From Owenia fusiformis (Eukaryota), in NCBI GenBank assembly GCA_903813345.2, contig CAIIXF020000001.1, positions 35,402,001 to 35,466,000 on the forward strand: a stretch of DNA of 64,000 bases. The letters run 5' to 3'. Under the pieces are notes generated by a model. It was not told where the DNA came from, did no database searches, and worked only from the letters and a program-made list of their open reading frames with translations. Position 1 is the stretch's first letter. The number at the start of each line of letters is the position of its first letter. Positions 12,811 through 24,596 of the stretch are shown here, in pieces. Made by a program: the position numbers and the translations under genes.

Positions 12811-13983
12811 GAAACACTAATTTGCTTAAAGTTATGGATTGTTTTATTCTTGGAAGGTAACTTTTTTTTACAGTATATGAGGAGCATAACATTGAATCTG
12901 ATTCTCCGAGAGCGTAATTACTGTACAGTAAAATTTTAAATGTTTGGAACTACTTTGAATTTAAAAAATAAGCAATCAATCAAACCCAGATAATTGTGGA
13001 TTCAACTACACGAAAAGAATACTAAAATACCCAGGAATCTATTGAAGTAGGTATCTTAAGTGTAAGAGGCGTAGAAAATTCTCCCATGTTGTAATCGTAC
13101 AGGCAAAAGATTGAGACATTCTCAGGACTATAGTCCTGGTACAGGATAAATCAAAATATAAGAGCCCACAGATATGATAGCTAAAGTACAAAACAAACTA
13201 AAATATACAAAAGTTAGGACATGTATAAATGTTTCTACTTTTACAGGTTTTAAATTATATTCTATTCAAATTCTATCACTGTAAATTTTATCTGCTTTAC
13301 ATGGGCTTTTTAGCCTTTTGCAGATTATAAAATAATAAAGGGTACATTTCAAACTAAACAGAGTGCTCCAACCAAAAATAATTTGCCTACATACCCCTGA
13401 GACTCTTATCTGATAGATAGAATGCACAAATTAAACAAAAGTTTTGCTATTATAGGTAAAATACGGAAAGCGAAAGGGGATATACCGCAGAATTTAAAAT
13501 TCAATGGAGTTTTAACATGGGAGTGATATCACACACCACGGCCAAGTCAGATAGATTTCTGCGCACTTTATTTATTTAATTCACTTTGCACAACGCGCCC
13601 CCTGTATTCATTCAGTGCGTTCAATATCGCGCTGAAGCTTGTATATGCTGGCGCGATGGAAATATAGTTTTCTGTTAATAAATGCCCAACAAGAAAGGGT
13701 AGCACAACGAATTCAACTTTTTTTCGAAAGACTGCAGACTTGACCCGCGAAATTGTAATTTTGGATCACAGAGATGCCTCTAGAGAGGATATCTATGAGA
13801 ATTACAGATTATAGTGCGCAGAATTATAAAGTCAAACTGACCTCAAAATGGTAGTACACAGTGTACACTGCCATCTTTCAATAAAGTGTGTACTACACAC
13901 CTTCGTATACAAAATACCAGAATGATTGATGTAATACCTGTATACCATTTCTTCTGGGAGAAGGAAAGTTCCTATATGTATTC

Positions 13984-14175
13984 CAGGGCCGTAGCCAGGG
14001 GGCCTCACCCCCCTCCCCCTTGCCAAATATTCGTTCAAAGTCATGCAGTTTTTCACCATTCTTAGCACTTTTCGCATGATTTTTTTGCAAAAACTGTCAA
14101 AAAGCTCCCCCCCTCTTGGCAAAATCTCCCCCTTGGTAAAACCACTCCCCCAGGTTAATCCAGGATACGGGTCTG
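13984..14175. mobile_element. GC-rich hAT-like MITE, 5-bp TSD tattc
   Basis: cagggccgtagcc...ggatacgggtctg imperfect TIR flanked by tattc on both sides. Confidence 0.7.
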
Positions 14176-14384
14176 TATTCTTAGATGAGATTGTTTAAGA
14201 ACGTAAGGTAGACATAAGTGCCACCTGTTAAAAGCTAGGAGATCTTTTCTAAGTTATTAAGTCATCAATCAGCAGACTGGTAATTGTATCCCCCACCCAC
14301 TTCAAACTCCATACACTAACATACTATTACAATTTAAAATTAATTTTATCTGTGTTTATTTGACTGTAGAAGGTGTACATTCAT

Positions 14385-15381
14385 AGCATTGAATTGCATT
14401 TCATTGCATTGTATTGTATTGTATTGTATAGCACATCATTGTATTGTATTGCACTGCGTTGTATTTTATTGCAGTATATTGTACTGTATTGCACTGTATT
14501 ATATTATATTGCACTGCATTGTACTTTATTGCACTGCATTGTATTGTACTGCAGTGTACTACATTGTATTGCACTACATTGTATTGTATTGTACTGCATT
14601 ATAATGTATTGCACTGCACCACATTGTACTACACTGCATTGTTTTGTATTGCACTACAATATATTGCACTGCACCATATTGTATTGCACTGCATTGCACT
14701 GCACTGCATTGTATTATATTGCACTGTATTATATTGCACAGTATTGTTTTGCATTGTCTTGAATTACACTGCATTTTATTACACTTCATTGTATTTTATT
14801 GCACTGCATTGTATTGTACTGCAGTGTACTGTATTGTATTGCACTGCATTGTATTGTATTGCACTGTATTGTATTGCATTGTATTGAATTGCACTGTATT
14901 TTATTTCATTGCACTGCATTGCACTACATTGTATTGAACTGCGATGTATTGTATTGCACTGCATTGTATTGCACTGTACCACATTGTATTGTACTGCATT
15001 GTATTGAAATGAACTTCATTGTATTGCACTGCACGACATTGTTTTGCATTGTATTGCATTGCACTGCATTGTATTGCATTATATTGCACTGTATTATATT
15101 GCATCGTATTGCACTGCATTTTATTGTATTATATTGCACTACATTGTATTGTATCATATTGCACTGCATTTTTTGCATCATATTACACTGCTTTGTATTG
15201 CATCATATTACACTACATTGTATTGCATCATATTGCACTGCATTGTATAGCATCATATTGCTCTGCATTGTATTGCATCATATTGCACCGCATTGTATTA
15301 CATCATATTGCACCACATTGTATTGCATCATATTGCACTGCATTGTATTACATTATATTGCACTGCATTGTATTGCATCAT
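14385..15381. repeat. Pentanucleotide microsatellite (ATTGT/ATTGC/ACTGC)n, about 1 kb
   Basis: Direct inspection; accounts for all Cys/Tyr/His-rich ORFs in the track here. Confidence 0.97.
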
Positions 15382-15704
15382 GTTCCGTATTTACCATTTC
15401 AGTTACAGTTTTATTACATAAAATGTTATTTATAAGATTATAATTTTCAAACATTGAAAATGTTTTATACAATGTCACTTCAAAGATATGAAATGGCCCA
15501 AAATAATATATTTTCAATGGAACCCTTTCACCCTATGCAGACAGAGCCTGTGGGAAATATTGGGTGCGGAGCAAATGAGCGGAGGGTGCGGAGCTAACGG
15601 TTATTTTTGAATTTAAATTTGGGATATTTCTGAAACTAAGCCGTTTTGCACAGTCAGAGAGAATGTTTCTGGCGAAATTCTGGGACTTCAAATACTTTTA
15701 AGTT

Positions 15705-15975
15705 GGGAAACCGGAAGTGCTTACCTTCTTTAATTCCCGAATCTCTCCGAAATTAGCTCATCTTGGTGACTGTAAATTGCACAGCTGTATTCAATGGAGT
15801 CTTGTCATATTCGATCAGCCTCAATTTTAAAGTGTATATTTTATTTTCAACGTGATTTCATCGTTTTTTGTCGACTGGTAAGAAAACGCCGGGCAAATGG
15901 CAAGATGGATGACTTTTGACCTGACCTTGACCGATGGTGATCACGTCATCAATATTACCAAGATGGCGGTTTCAA
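15705..15975. promoter_or_regulatory. Candidate promoter and non-coding first exon of the SDR gene
   Basis: Minus-strand donor AAG|gtaagc at 15725. ETS motif CCGGAAGTG 15711-15719, TGACCTTGA 15922-15930, CACGTCA 15942-15948, YY1-type CAAGATGGCGG 15959-15969. The SDR ATG exon begins at an acceptor (11661), so an upstream exon must exist. Confidence 0.4.
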
Positions 15976-17155
15976 AATTTTCTAAAATCGCTTCAAATAA
16001 TATTATGTTAATTCCTAGCGAGTAAAGATATCTCTTAGTTTGCTATTTCACAATAAGATAACGAAATGTGTAAGGAATTCGTATTTATCAATTAAAACAT
16101 CACATCGACATTTGGTATTCGTAAACTAGACGATGAAGATAACGACCTCGAAAAAAAACAAAAGAGCGAGTATTTAAGCGACGCAGTGTGCCTTAAACCT
16201 TTCCTAGACCTATATATTTTGAAATTATCCTTTTAATACTGAGTCCCCAGCATTCATAAAAAATGGTGTTCAAGGTGCACTATCTATACAAATTATTTTT
16301 GCATCTTGGAAGCCAGGCAGTATCTGTGTGATTTTATAAAAATTCGGAAATTTTTTCAGATATGAGCCCCCTCTAAATATTGGGTGCGGAGCAGCTCCAT
16401 AAACGTAGCTCCGCACCCATCATTTTTTCATTGCGCACTGAATGCCGGAATTTCTGCGCACTTTTTTAATTAACTGCACAACGCGGCCCCTGTAATTCAT
16501 TCAGTGCGCGATAAAATCTATCTGACTGGGCCGCGGTGTGTGATACCACTCCCATGTTAAAACTCTATTCGATTTTGAATTATGCGCAGGTCCCCTATCG
16601 CTTTCCGTAGTAAAAAGTTCTCTTAAAATTTCGAAGTGATTTTACCTGTTAATTCTGTCATTGGTCCACCATTTTAGCGGATGTTACACTGAAACGCAAA
16701 CTCCATGAAACAAAACGAAATCAGTAGAAAAAAACCATGGCACACATCGTGTGCATGCGCAGCAAAGTTTAAACCAATCAGATTATTTGATTATTTGATT
16801 ATTTTGCCCACAAGAAGTATTTGCTTCTGAGCACTTACCATAAAAGCTGACCACAATAAACAAACCTGGCAGAGATTTCCCTTACTTCATTTTAGCGAAA
16901 TTTCAGCTCAAACTCGTGACAAATGCATTATGCATACGCTGGTATGAAGCCTTGGTGACACTCATTTTGGTAAATATTACAGTGTATACTTTTCTGCAGT
17001 TTGTGGGAGTTTGGGACATAATGTTAAAATTCAAGAAAATATGCCAAATATACGGCTTATCAATTAATTTGTATCATATTCCTTACTGTTTGCATGGGCT
17101 CTACCACCTGATAGAGCCCATAGATAGAGCCCATGCTGTTTGCTAGGCCCATATA

Positions 17156-20016
17156 CAGAGCTGTCAAGTGTCCCGCGAATGGCGGGATTATCCCGCGAAT
17201 TTGATCAAAATTAGGCTAATTCGCGTGTCCCGCAATGTCCCGCGAAGTCCCGCAAATGTGGTTTTGACCTCCGCGAATTTCCGAAATTGTTGCAATCCCC
17301 TATATTGTGATTATCTTATCTTATATAAGAAGCCAAGTTTTTGCACTTTTGAGGAGTAAAGTTTACCTAATTTTAAGTACCTAGCATGCTGTTGTTTGGT
17401 ATCAAAATAAAGAGGAAGGGTTCAACTTTCATTTTAATTACGAAAATAGGGATGTAGGTCAAAAATAGTTCTAACGTTGGCCTTTTTACTATCCGTGTGG
17501 CCTTCATCTCAGAACTGAGCAAATGTTAGCAAACGCGAGTTACAATAAATGGACGCTGATATCTAGAAATGGTTTGTAGAAAAACCGGGTACCGGGTAGT
17601 AAATCCTCCATGCTGGGTTCAAACTTGGTTTCCGGTATCCGGTCAAAAAACGGGTACCCAAAAAACGAAAAATACGAATATATAACATACATGTAATTAG
17701 ATTATGAGAAAACGTGTAAGATTTGTTTTGAATTCACAAAAATGTATTATCCTTCAAAATTGAGCTAGAAGCTTCAAATAAAAAGCATATTTAAGGCTCT
17801 TTTCTTCCTCTATGTCATGGCCATATTTTCATTGGTTATGGGGGGGGGGGGTGCGATCGCACCATCGCACCATCTCCTGGCTACACCTATGACATTGTAA
17901 GACATAACAATTTACAATTCAGTGGACATTTTGTCGAAAATTGGGATAACTTAAATTATGATTAATAATCAAAATCATGTAAATTAACACACGTCACCTC
18001 CCTGCTAAAGCAACGATACAGCTGTAGCTATTTACAGATTTAAATCATAATCAAAACAATTCACGTACCAACAAACGAACTATTGAAAATAGAGTAAGAT
18101 TGATTTGTCTTGTTTTTCAAATCGTCTTACAATGTCATTGGCGTAGCCAGGAGGGGGTGCGATCGCACCCCCCCCCTTCATTACCAATGGAAATATGACC
18201 ATGATGATAGAGGACGAAAAGAGCCTTAAAAATGCTTTTTTTGAAGCTTCTAGCTCAATTTTGAAGGAAGTTACATACATTTTTGTAAATTCAAAACAAA
18301 TCTTACACGTTTTCTAATGATCTAATTATGTTGTATATTCGTATATTTCGTTTTTTGGGTACCCGTTTTTTTTGACCGGGTACCAAGTTTGAACCCAGCA
18401 TGGAGGATTTACTACCCGCTACCCGTTTTTTTCTACAAACCCTATCTAGAAAAGTAACCCCATTCCCTATAATTTGATGTAGATTAATCGAACCCCTATA
18501 TCATGGGCTTTCATGATCAATTGAAAGAAAATGCCTACAGTATATGAATAGGTACATTTTAATATATAACATTATGGGGGTAAGCGTTTCATAGTTGTTC
18601 ACGATGCAAGAAATGCAAAGTATTGTTCCGAATTTTTGAATTTCGTGTTAGATTACGGTACTCACACCTGAAGCATGAAGCATAAAGTTTAATAATATTC
18701 CTATACGTATTTTGTGAAATTGTGTTGACGTTTATTTAAGTTACAATACAACGGTGCATTGTATTTGATTAATCAGTATTTGGAAGTTTGATTTAAGTAC
18801 TTTTACTCGCTTCTACATTAGTCCCAATCACGCAAATCCTTGAATGTCCCGGGACATCCTGCAAATTTAGGTGAATGTCCCGCGAAATCCCGCAAATTTA
18901 GGGCACTTTGTCTAAAAAATCTGTCCCTCTATCAAGTTTTTGGCGTTAAACCTGTTAACTATCCCGCAATTAGGGTGTTTGCAGGGGTTTCAATAAATAT
19001 TTTTTCAACAGGCCTTCGGCAATTTCAACAGGCTGAATTTTTTTTGACCATTCGGCGCTCGCTTCGCTCGCATTCTCGTTCATATTTGGAGTTAAATATT
19101 ACCCCTTGAACTTCCTCACTGTGACATAAAACGGTAAAATCAGTATTTTCTTGTCACTTTAATACAAACTGTATATGACCAATAGATCTATTTGACTTGT
19201 TCATTACTTTATGTGTTTTTTAAATGTTGACTCGTGTAAATTAATAAACTCAATATTTCTGACACATTATTAATCTCAATGAAATATAAAGATAACATTC
19301 AATAGTTTGATATGCATTTTTGACTTGTAATATTTTATTTTATTTCAAATGTTGCCCTTTGTGCTTCCTCACTATGATGTAAGATAATGCCAAGAAGATC
19401 AATTGTATTGATTATACTGTTTGTTTTCAAGTATAATATAGTTTCCATTGAAAGTTGACAGGACAGTGATAAAGGTTTTTTGCTACTGACCCATTAGTCT
19501 CAAAGCAATGTTGGTTTGAGAGTAGGTCAATAAAAATGGTGGCCGGATTACAGTAAGATAATTATCTCAGTGTTTCTCTAAAACACTGCTGATTATCTGC
19601 CTACTATACTTAGATTTTGCCTTCACAAGGTAGGCCAATTTATATTCTTTAATTTGATATGTCAAACTAAATTGATTTGTCTCATGTGTCAGCAAATTCT
19701 CTCATCATTTGGACCGGCAATTTTTTCTCAATTTTTTTTCTCTCAAAATTTTGAACCGGCGTTACTGGGATTTGAAGCGGCGTTTTCGCCGCCCGCCGGC
19801 TGTTATTGAAACCCCAGTGTTTGTCCCTCGAATGGTCCCGCGAAATCCCGCGAATTTGAGTAAAAAAGTTGGCCTATTAGCGCAATCACGCAAATCCCTT
19901 AAATGTCCCGCGAAATCCCGCGAATTTAGTAGATGTCCCGCAAAATCCCGCGAATTTTGGGCACTGGGTCTAAAAAATCTGTCCCGCGAGAAAATCTTTA
20001 GGGGTTGACAGTACTG
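17156..20016. mobile_element. Non-autonomous hAT-like element, 2.9 kb, TCCCGCGAA subterminal repeats, 6-bp TSD catata
   Basis: Termini cagagctgtcaa/ttgacagtactg; many tcccgcgaa motifs at both ends and at 18830-18970; contains a nested ~330-bp inverted repeat. Confidence 0.75.
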
Positions 20017-21103
20017 CATATAGGTCCATGCTAGGCCTAAGTAAAATGAAAAATTGCAAAACTTTACAGATTATAAGATTATAAGATTATAAGTGAATTA
20101 CGATTTATAGGCATGCTTGCCTGTTAATCGATCATTGCAAGGACCTCATTGTCCTTAGATTGTTGCATAAAAAGTTAAAAAGTCAAGTTTCCCCAACTAC
20201 ACCTATGTACATAGCCATAATCAACTTTCTCTTTACTTACCAAGTTATGTGAGCTAGATCTTGCTGATGTATGATGTTACATCAATCACTGTTATGACGA
20301 TCTAAATGCCAGTATTAATAATAGCAAATCAAATTCTAAATCAATGACAAAATATCAAGTTCTGAATATTTTAATTTTATCAATTTTTTCAAACGGAAGT
20401 TAATTAAACTACGCCATCTAGCGAGGAGAAAAATTTGGAACAAAATTGCAACCATAATCTTGAGACCTTGCAACTACTATAACTTGATAATATTGACATT
20501 GTAGCATCGTTCAAAGTGTTATTATGTAACAGTTATATTAAGAATTGCAACTTGACTTTCTGGAGTTCTAGTTCATTTTTAGAACAGTAGCCCAGGAACT
20601 TATTACAATTTTAGAAAATTTGCGTTTTTATATTTTTGACACAATTTGGCATTTGGAGAGTACCTGGATGAACTCAAGGCAAAGAAACCACCGAGGGTCC
20701 AGAGATTGAGAATAGTCTAAGGTAAAACAGTTTGGAAACTCCCAGAAAGAAACTTCCGAAAGTGATAATAATTCACAGGTCTTTCAGGAATAAGGTTACT
20801 CTACTGAGCTTCAGAGGCTATTGAGCCAGCTGTGTTCAGTAAAAGTACTCACACGGCAGTGATCTCATTCTCACAAAATGAATGGAACAGCGTTTTGGCC
20901 CCCATCTGTGAGAAGCGCTTCCTACAACTGGGGACCCAAAACCGCTAAAAAGAGGGACTCTATTTAACAGAATAATGGAGACCATGTCTGTTGCAAAACT
21001 TATGCCTGGCACAACCGTCACCCTGTTATTAAGTTGCGCAAGGATCCTGCCATGAATGTGGTAGTGTTATCGTGAAAGCCTGGTATAACCGTGACAATGC
21101 TAT

Positions 21104-21258
21104 CAGGGGCGGATCCAGGATTTTGTGTTAGAGGGGGCGTGTGATAATAACTGTGAGCGAAGAGTCAAATTTTGTAAAAAGCGATGAGGCAAAACACAAA
21201 TTTTCTGACTTTTTAGGGGTGTGTCCACCCCCCACGCCCCCGTCTAGATCCGCTGGTG
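21104..21258. mobile_element. GC-rich hAT-like MITE (CAGGGGCGGATC), 5-bp TSD gctat
   Basis: caggggcggatc...gatccgctggtg flanked by gctat/gctat. Confidence 0.75.
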
Positions 21259-21263
21259 GCTAT

Positions 21264-21797
21264 AGTCGGAGACATTAATAAACTTCAACCATCAAAAGTT
21301 CTCACAATGAGCTAAATTCTAAGTTTCATGTCTCAAACTCTCAAGCGGTAGAAAAATAATTCTCGTTCACTCTAAGTAGCACAATAAATGAATCCAATGC
21401 TTCATACTTGCAAATGATGGATAAATTCCTACCAAATCGAACAAATGATTTCATGAATTGCCATGTTTGTGATCCAAGGAGGATTGACTCCCAGAATGCA
21501 ACATCAGTTAACCTTATTTACTCATGACAGGTTTCAAAATGGCGGAACGGCATTTTGAAAGCTGTCACGTGTCATGTTGCATTTTGGGAGCCAATCCTCC
21601 TTGCCGCGTAATTGGGCTCCAAAATCACCTCAATATTTGAAGAGTCGGCATTAACATGTGAATGTCACTTCAAATTTTTAAGTTTCTAGTTGTCATTATG
21701 GACACAAATTCCACTATATTTGTACGTTCTGGTACAGAAAAAATATAGCACTCAATACACTGAGGTAAGAATTTATGACATATGTGACAGAATGTCT
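21264..21797. repeat. Dispersed repeat with internal hairpin; inverted copy at about 55255-55765
   Basis: Reverse-complement similarity over about 500 bp, e.g. caaccatcaaaagttctcacaatgagctaaattc versus gaatttagctcattgtgacaacttttgatggttg. Confidence 0.85.
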
Positions 21798-21835
21798 TTT
21801 TCATAGTGTTAGTCATTATTTATGTTCACCACTTT

Positions 21836-22229
21836 TATTATGTCCCCACCACATAGTGTGGGGCCATATTGTCGGCCTAGGCGCGTTTGGTAGATCAATT
21901 TCAAATTTTCAGGGATGATTCTTAGTATGAAAATGTAGATTTGATTAGTTTTTTGGCATTCTGGGCAAATATCAAGGCAGCCATTTTGGATTTTCCATCC
22001 TAAAATCTTGTCTGTAAAGTCTTGTTTACGCATTTCTGGTTTACTGTTTGACGGATCAATCTCAAATTTTCAGGGTTGGTTCTTAGTATGAAAATCTAGA
22101 GCTGACTAATTTTTGGGCATTCTGGGTAAATTTTAAGGTGGCCATTTTGCATTTTCCGTCTCACAATTGTAATGGTAAAGTCTTGTAAAGTCATTGGTGG
22201 GGACATATTGTACACATTTGTGTTCTTGT
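21836..22229 (+). mobile_element. HINE-like element, family B, short copy
   Basis: atgtccccacc...ggtggggacat subterminal IR, about two 162-bp units, 3' end tgtacacatttgtgttcttgt. Confidence 0.8.
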
Positions 22230-22273
22230 ATTATATTGCAAGGCCTGTCATCTCATGACCATGGTAATGTTAA

Positions 22274-22639
22274 AAGTGCAGCAAGTAGTACAGAGGGGCC
22301 ATTCAACGATCATGGACCAGTGTCAAAATATATTTAAGTTTGGATATTTCATCAAGACTAACATCTATTTTTATTTTCTGCAAAGAAACCCCTTAGATAA
22401 TCATTATTTCAGCTTATATTCCTCTTGAAACATGGGGGATCTTAAAAATATAAAAGTGGACGTCCCCTTTTTTTGAAGCTTTGAACTGATTTTACACTTT
22501 TTAATGCTGAAATTGATAGTTTATCCATACATTTTAAGAAAATGGGTATGTCGAAGAAGATGTTAAGCCAACTGTTGCCTTGATAGCTCAGAAAAAGTTA
22601 AAATTTTCCTATTTTCTATCTACAAGCCTTATTGCCCCT
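22274..22639. mobile_element. Kolobok-like MITE with TTAA TSD
   Basis: Interrupts a 57-bp repeat unit (ggtaatg-TTAA-agcctgatatg) and duplicates TTAA; imperfect TIR aagtgcagcaag/cttattgcccct. Confidence 0.65.
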
Positions 22640-22974
22640 TTAAAGTCTGATATGACCGTAACAATGCTATATTATATCGCAAGGCCTGTCATAACCGTGG
22701 TAATGTTAAAGCCTGATATGAGCGTGACAATGGTTGCAAGGCCTGTCATAACCGTGGTAATGTTAAAGCCTGATATAACCGTGACAATGTTTACATTCTT
22801 GAATGAGATTAGAATTATAGTTTGCGGAAATGAATTACTAGTTAAATGAATCTAAAATTTTATGTATCAACGTACGTGAGTACCATGTACATGTATAGTA
22901 GTCTGGATTTTCATATTTAAGGTAATTAAACAATGAATTTTTCATGACAGTATTGTCTTGCTACTAAATGTAAT

Positions 22975-23625
22975 TTGATATAACCATTGTCACGGTCATA
23001 TCATGCTTTAACATTACCACGGTCATGACAGACCTTACAACCATTGTCACAGTCATATCAGCTGGCTTTAACATTACCACATTCATGACAGACCTTACAA
23101 CCATTGTCACAGTCATATCATCTGGCTTTAACATTACCACATTCATGACAGACCTTACAACCATTGTCACAGTCATATCAGACTTTAACATTACCACATT
23201 CATGACAGACCTTACAACCATTGTCACAGTCATATCAGGCTTTAACATTACCACATTCATGACAGACCTTACAACCATTGTCACAGTCATATCAGGCTTT
23301 AACATTACCACATTCATGACAGACCTTACAACCATTGTCACAGTCATATCAGGCTTTAACATTTACCACATTCATGACAGACCTTACAACCATTGTCACA
23401 GTCATATCAGGCTTTAACATTACCACATTCATGACAGACCTTACAACCATTGTCACGGTCATATCAGGCTTTAACATTACCAAAGTCATGACATGCCTTG
23501 CAATATAATATAGCATTGTCACGGTCACATCATGCTTTAACATTACCACGGTCATGACAGGCCTTGCAATATAATATAGCATTGTCACGGTTATATCAGG
23601 CTTTCCCAATAACACTACCACGGTC
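22975..23625. repeat. 57-bp minisatellite array (about 11 units) with inverted units at 22230-22273 and 22640-22790
   Basis: Unit ccattgtcacagtcatatcaggctttaacattaccacattcatgacagaccttacaa; explains the 19-aa-periodic ORFs. Confidence 0.95.
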
Positions 23626-23701
23626 ATGGCAGGATCTTTGGGAAACTTAAAAACACTTAATAACATGGTAACGGTTGTGCAAGGCATAAGTCTTGCAATA
23701 G

Positions 23702-23978
23702 CAGGCCTGTCAACTGTCCCGCAATTTGCGTATTTGTCACGCATTTGCTGAAGAATTTGAAGTCACGCCAGTTATTTTTGCGTGACAGAAAATGTCACGC
23801 AAATACGCAATTTACCTGGTAATTGTCAAGCAAAAATATTTCTGTAGAAAAATTTCTAAAAAAGATCGTCTACACAGCAAAAATACGAACGGCGGAAAAA
23901 AATGTACGCATTTCGTTCGGACTTTCCACGCGAATTACGTATATGTCACGCATTCCGTTCGAAATATTTCGTACCTAT

Positions 23979-24014
<36 letters not shown>

Positions 24015-24218
24015 TTGATGAATGTTTGAAACGCGAGCGTAGCGAGCGCGAAAAATTTGAGGTGTTCAAAATTTGGCAAGATGTAATGAAATTTAAACCA
24101 AGGTGTTCAGAATTTGGATCAAGGTGTTCAGATTTGAACCAAGGTGTCCACATTTTGAGGGGAGGTGTTCAACATTTCCAAGTCACTCATGTTAGGTGTT
24201 CCCAAGTTGACAGGCCTG
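23702..24218. mobile_element. hAT-like MITE, 6-bp TSD caatag, containing a C34 tract
   Basis: Perfect TIR caggcctgtcaac/gttgacaggcctg; caatag on both sides; partial relative at about 27030-27269. Confidence 0.85.
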
Positions 24219-24596
24219 CAATAGATAGCATGTAGAATAATATACCAATAGAAAGGTCTTTTTGTTTTGCTTTATGGAACAAGTTTGAAGAAAAATGGTG
24301 CAGTATGAGACTCACAATCCTTGATTTTCAAACATCTGGTAGGTCTAAAATTCAATAACAGTTTTCAATGTGCATAAGGTTTCTTCTCCCATATACTCAT
24401 ATATAAAAAAACCTTCAAATATGAACACCTGCTAATTCAAACACTTTGACTGGTTCAAGTGGTGTTCAGATTAGACAGGTTTTATTGTAGGTAATACAGT
24501 GTACATAACAGTTTTGTCAAATATCTGTTACCATGGCAACAAATTGTCAGTTTGATTTGTAACTTTATGATTTAATCTTGGCAATGAATAATCATT

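Noticed and set aside
14373..15443. Cys/His/Tyr-rich ORFs suggesting a metallothionein- or keratin-like protein
   Set aside because: Translations of a pentanucleotide microsatellite, open in several frames on both strands.
22964..23744. ORFs with 19-aa periodicity
   Set aside because: Product of a 57-bp minisatellite, open on both strands, with a frameshifting unit and no splice support.
23792..24235. Poly-proline / poly-glycine ORFs
   Set aside because: Derived from a C34 tract within a MITE.
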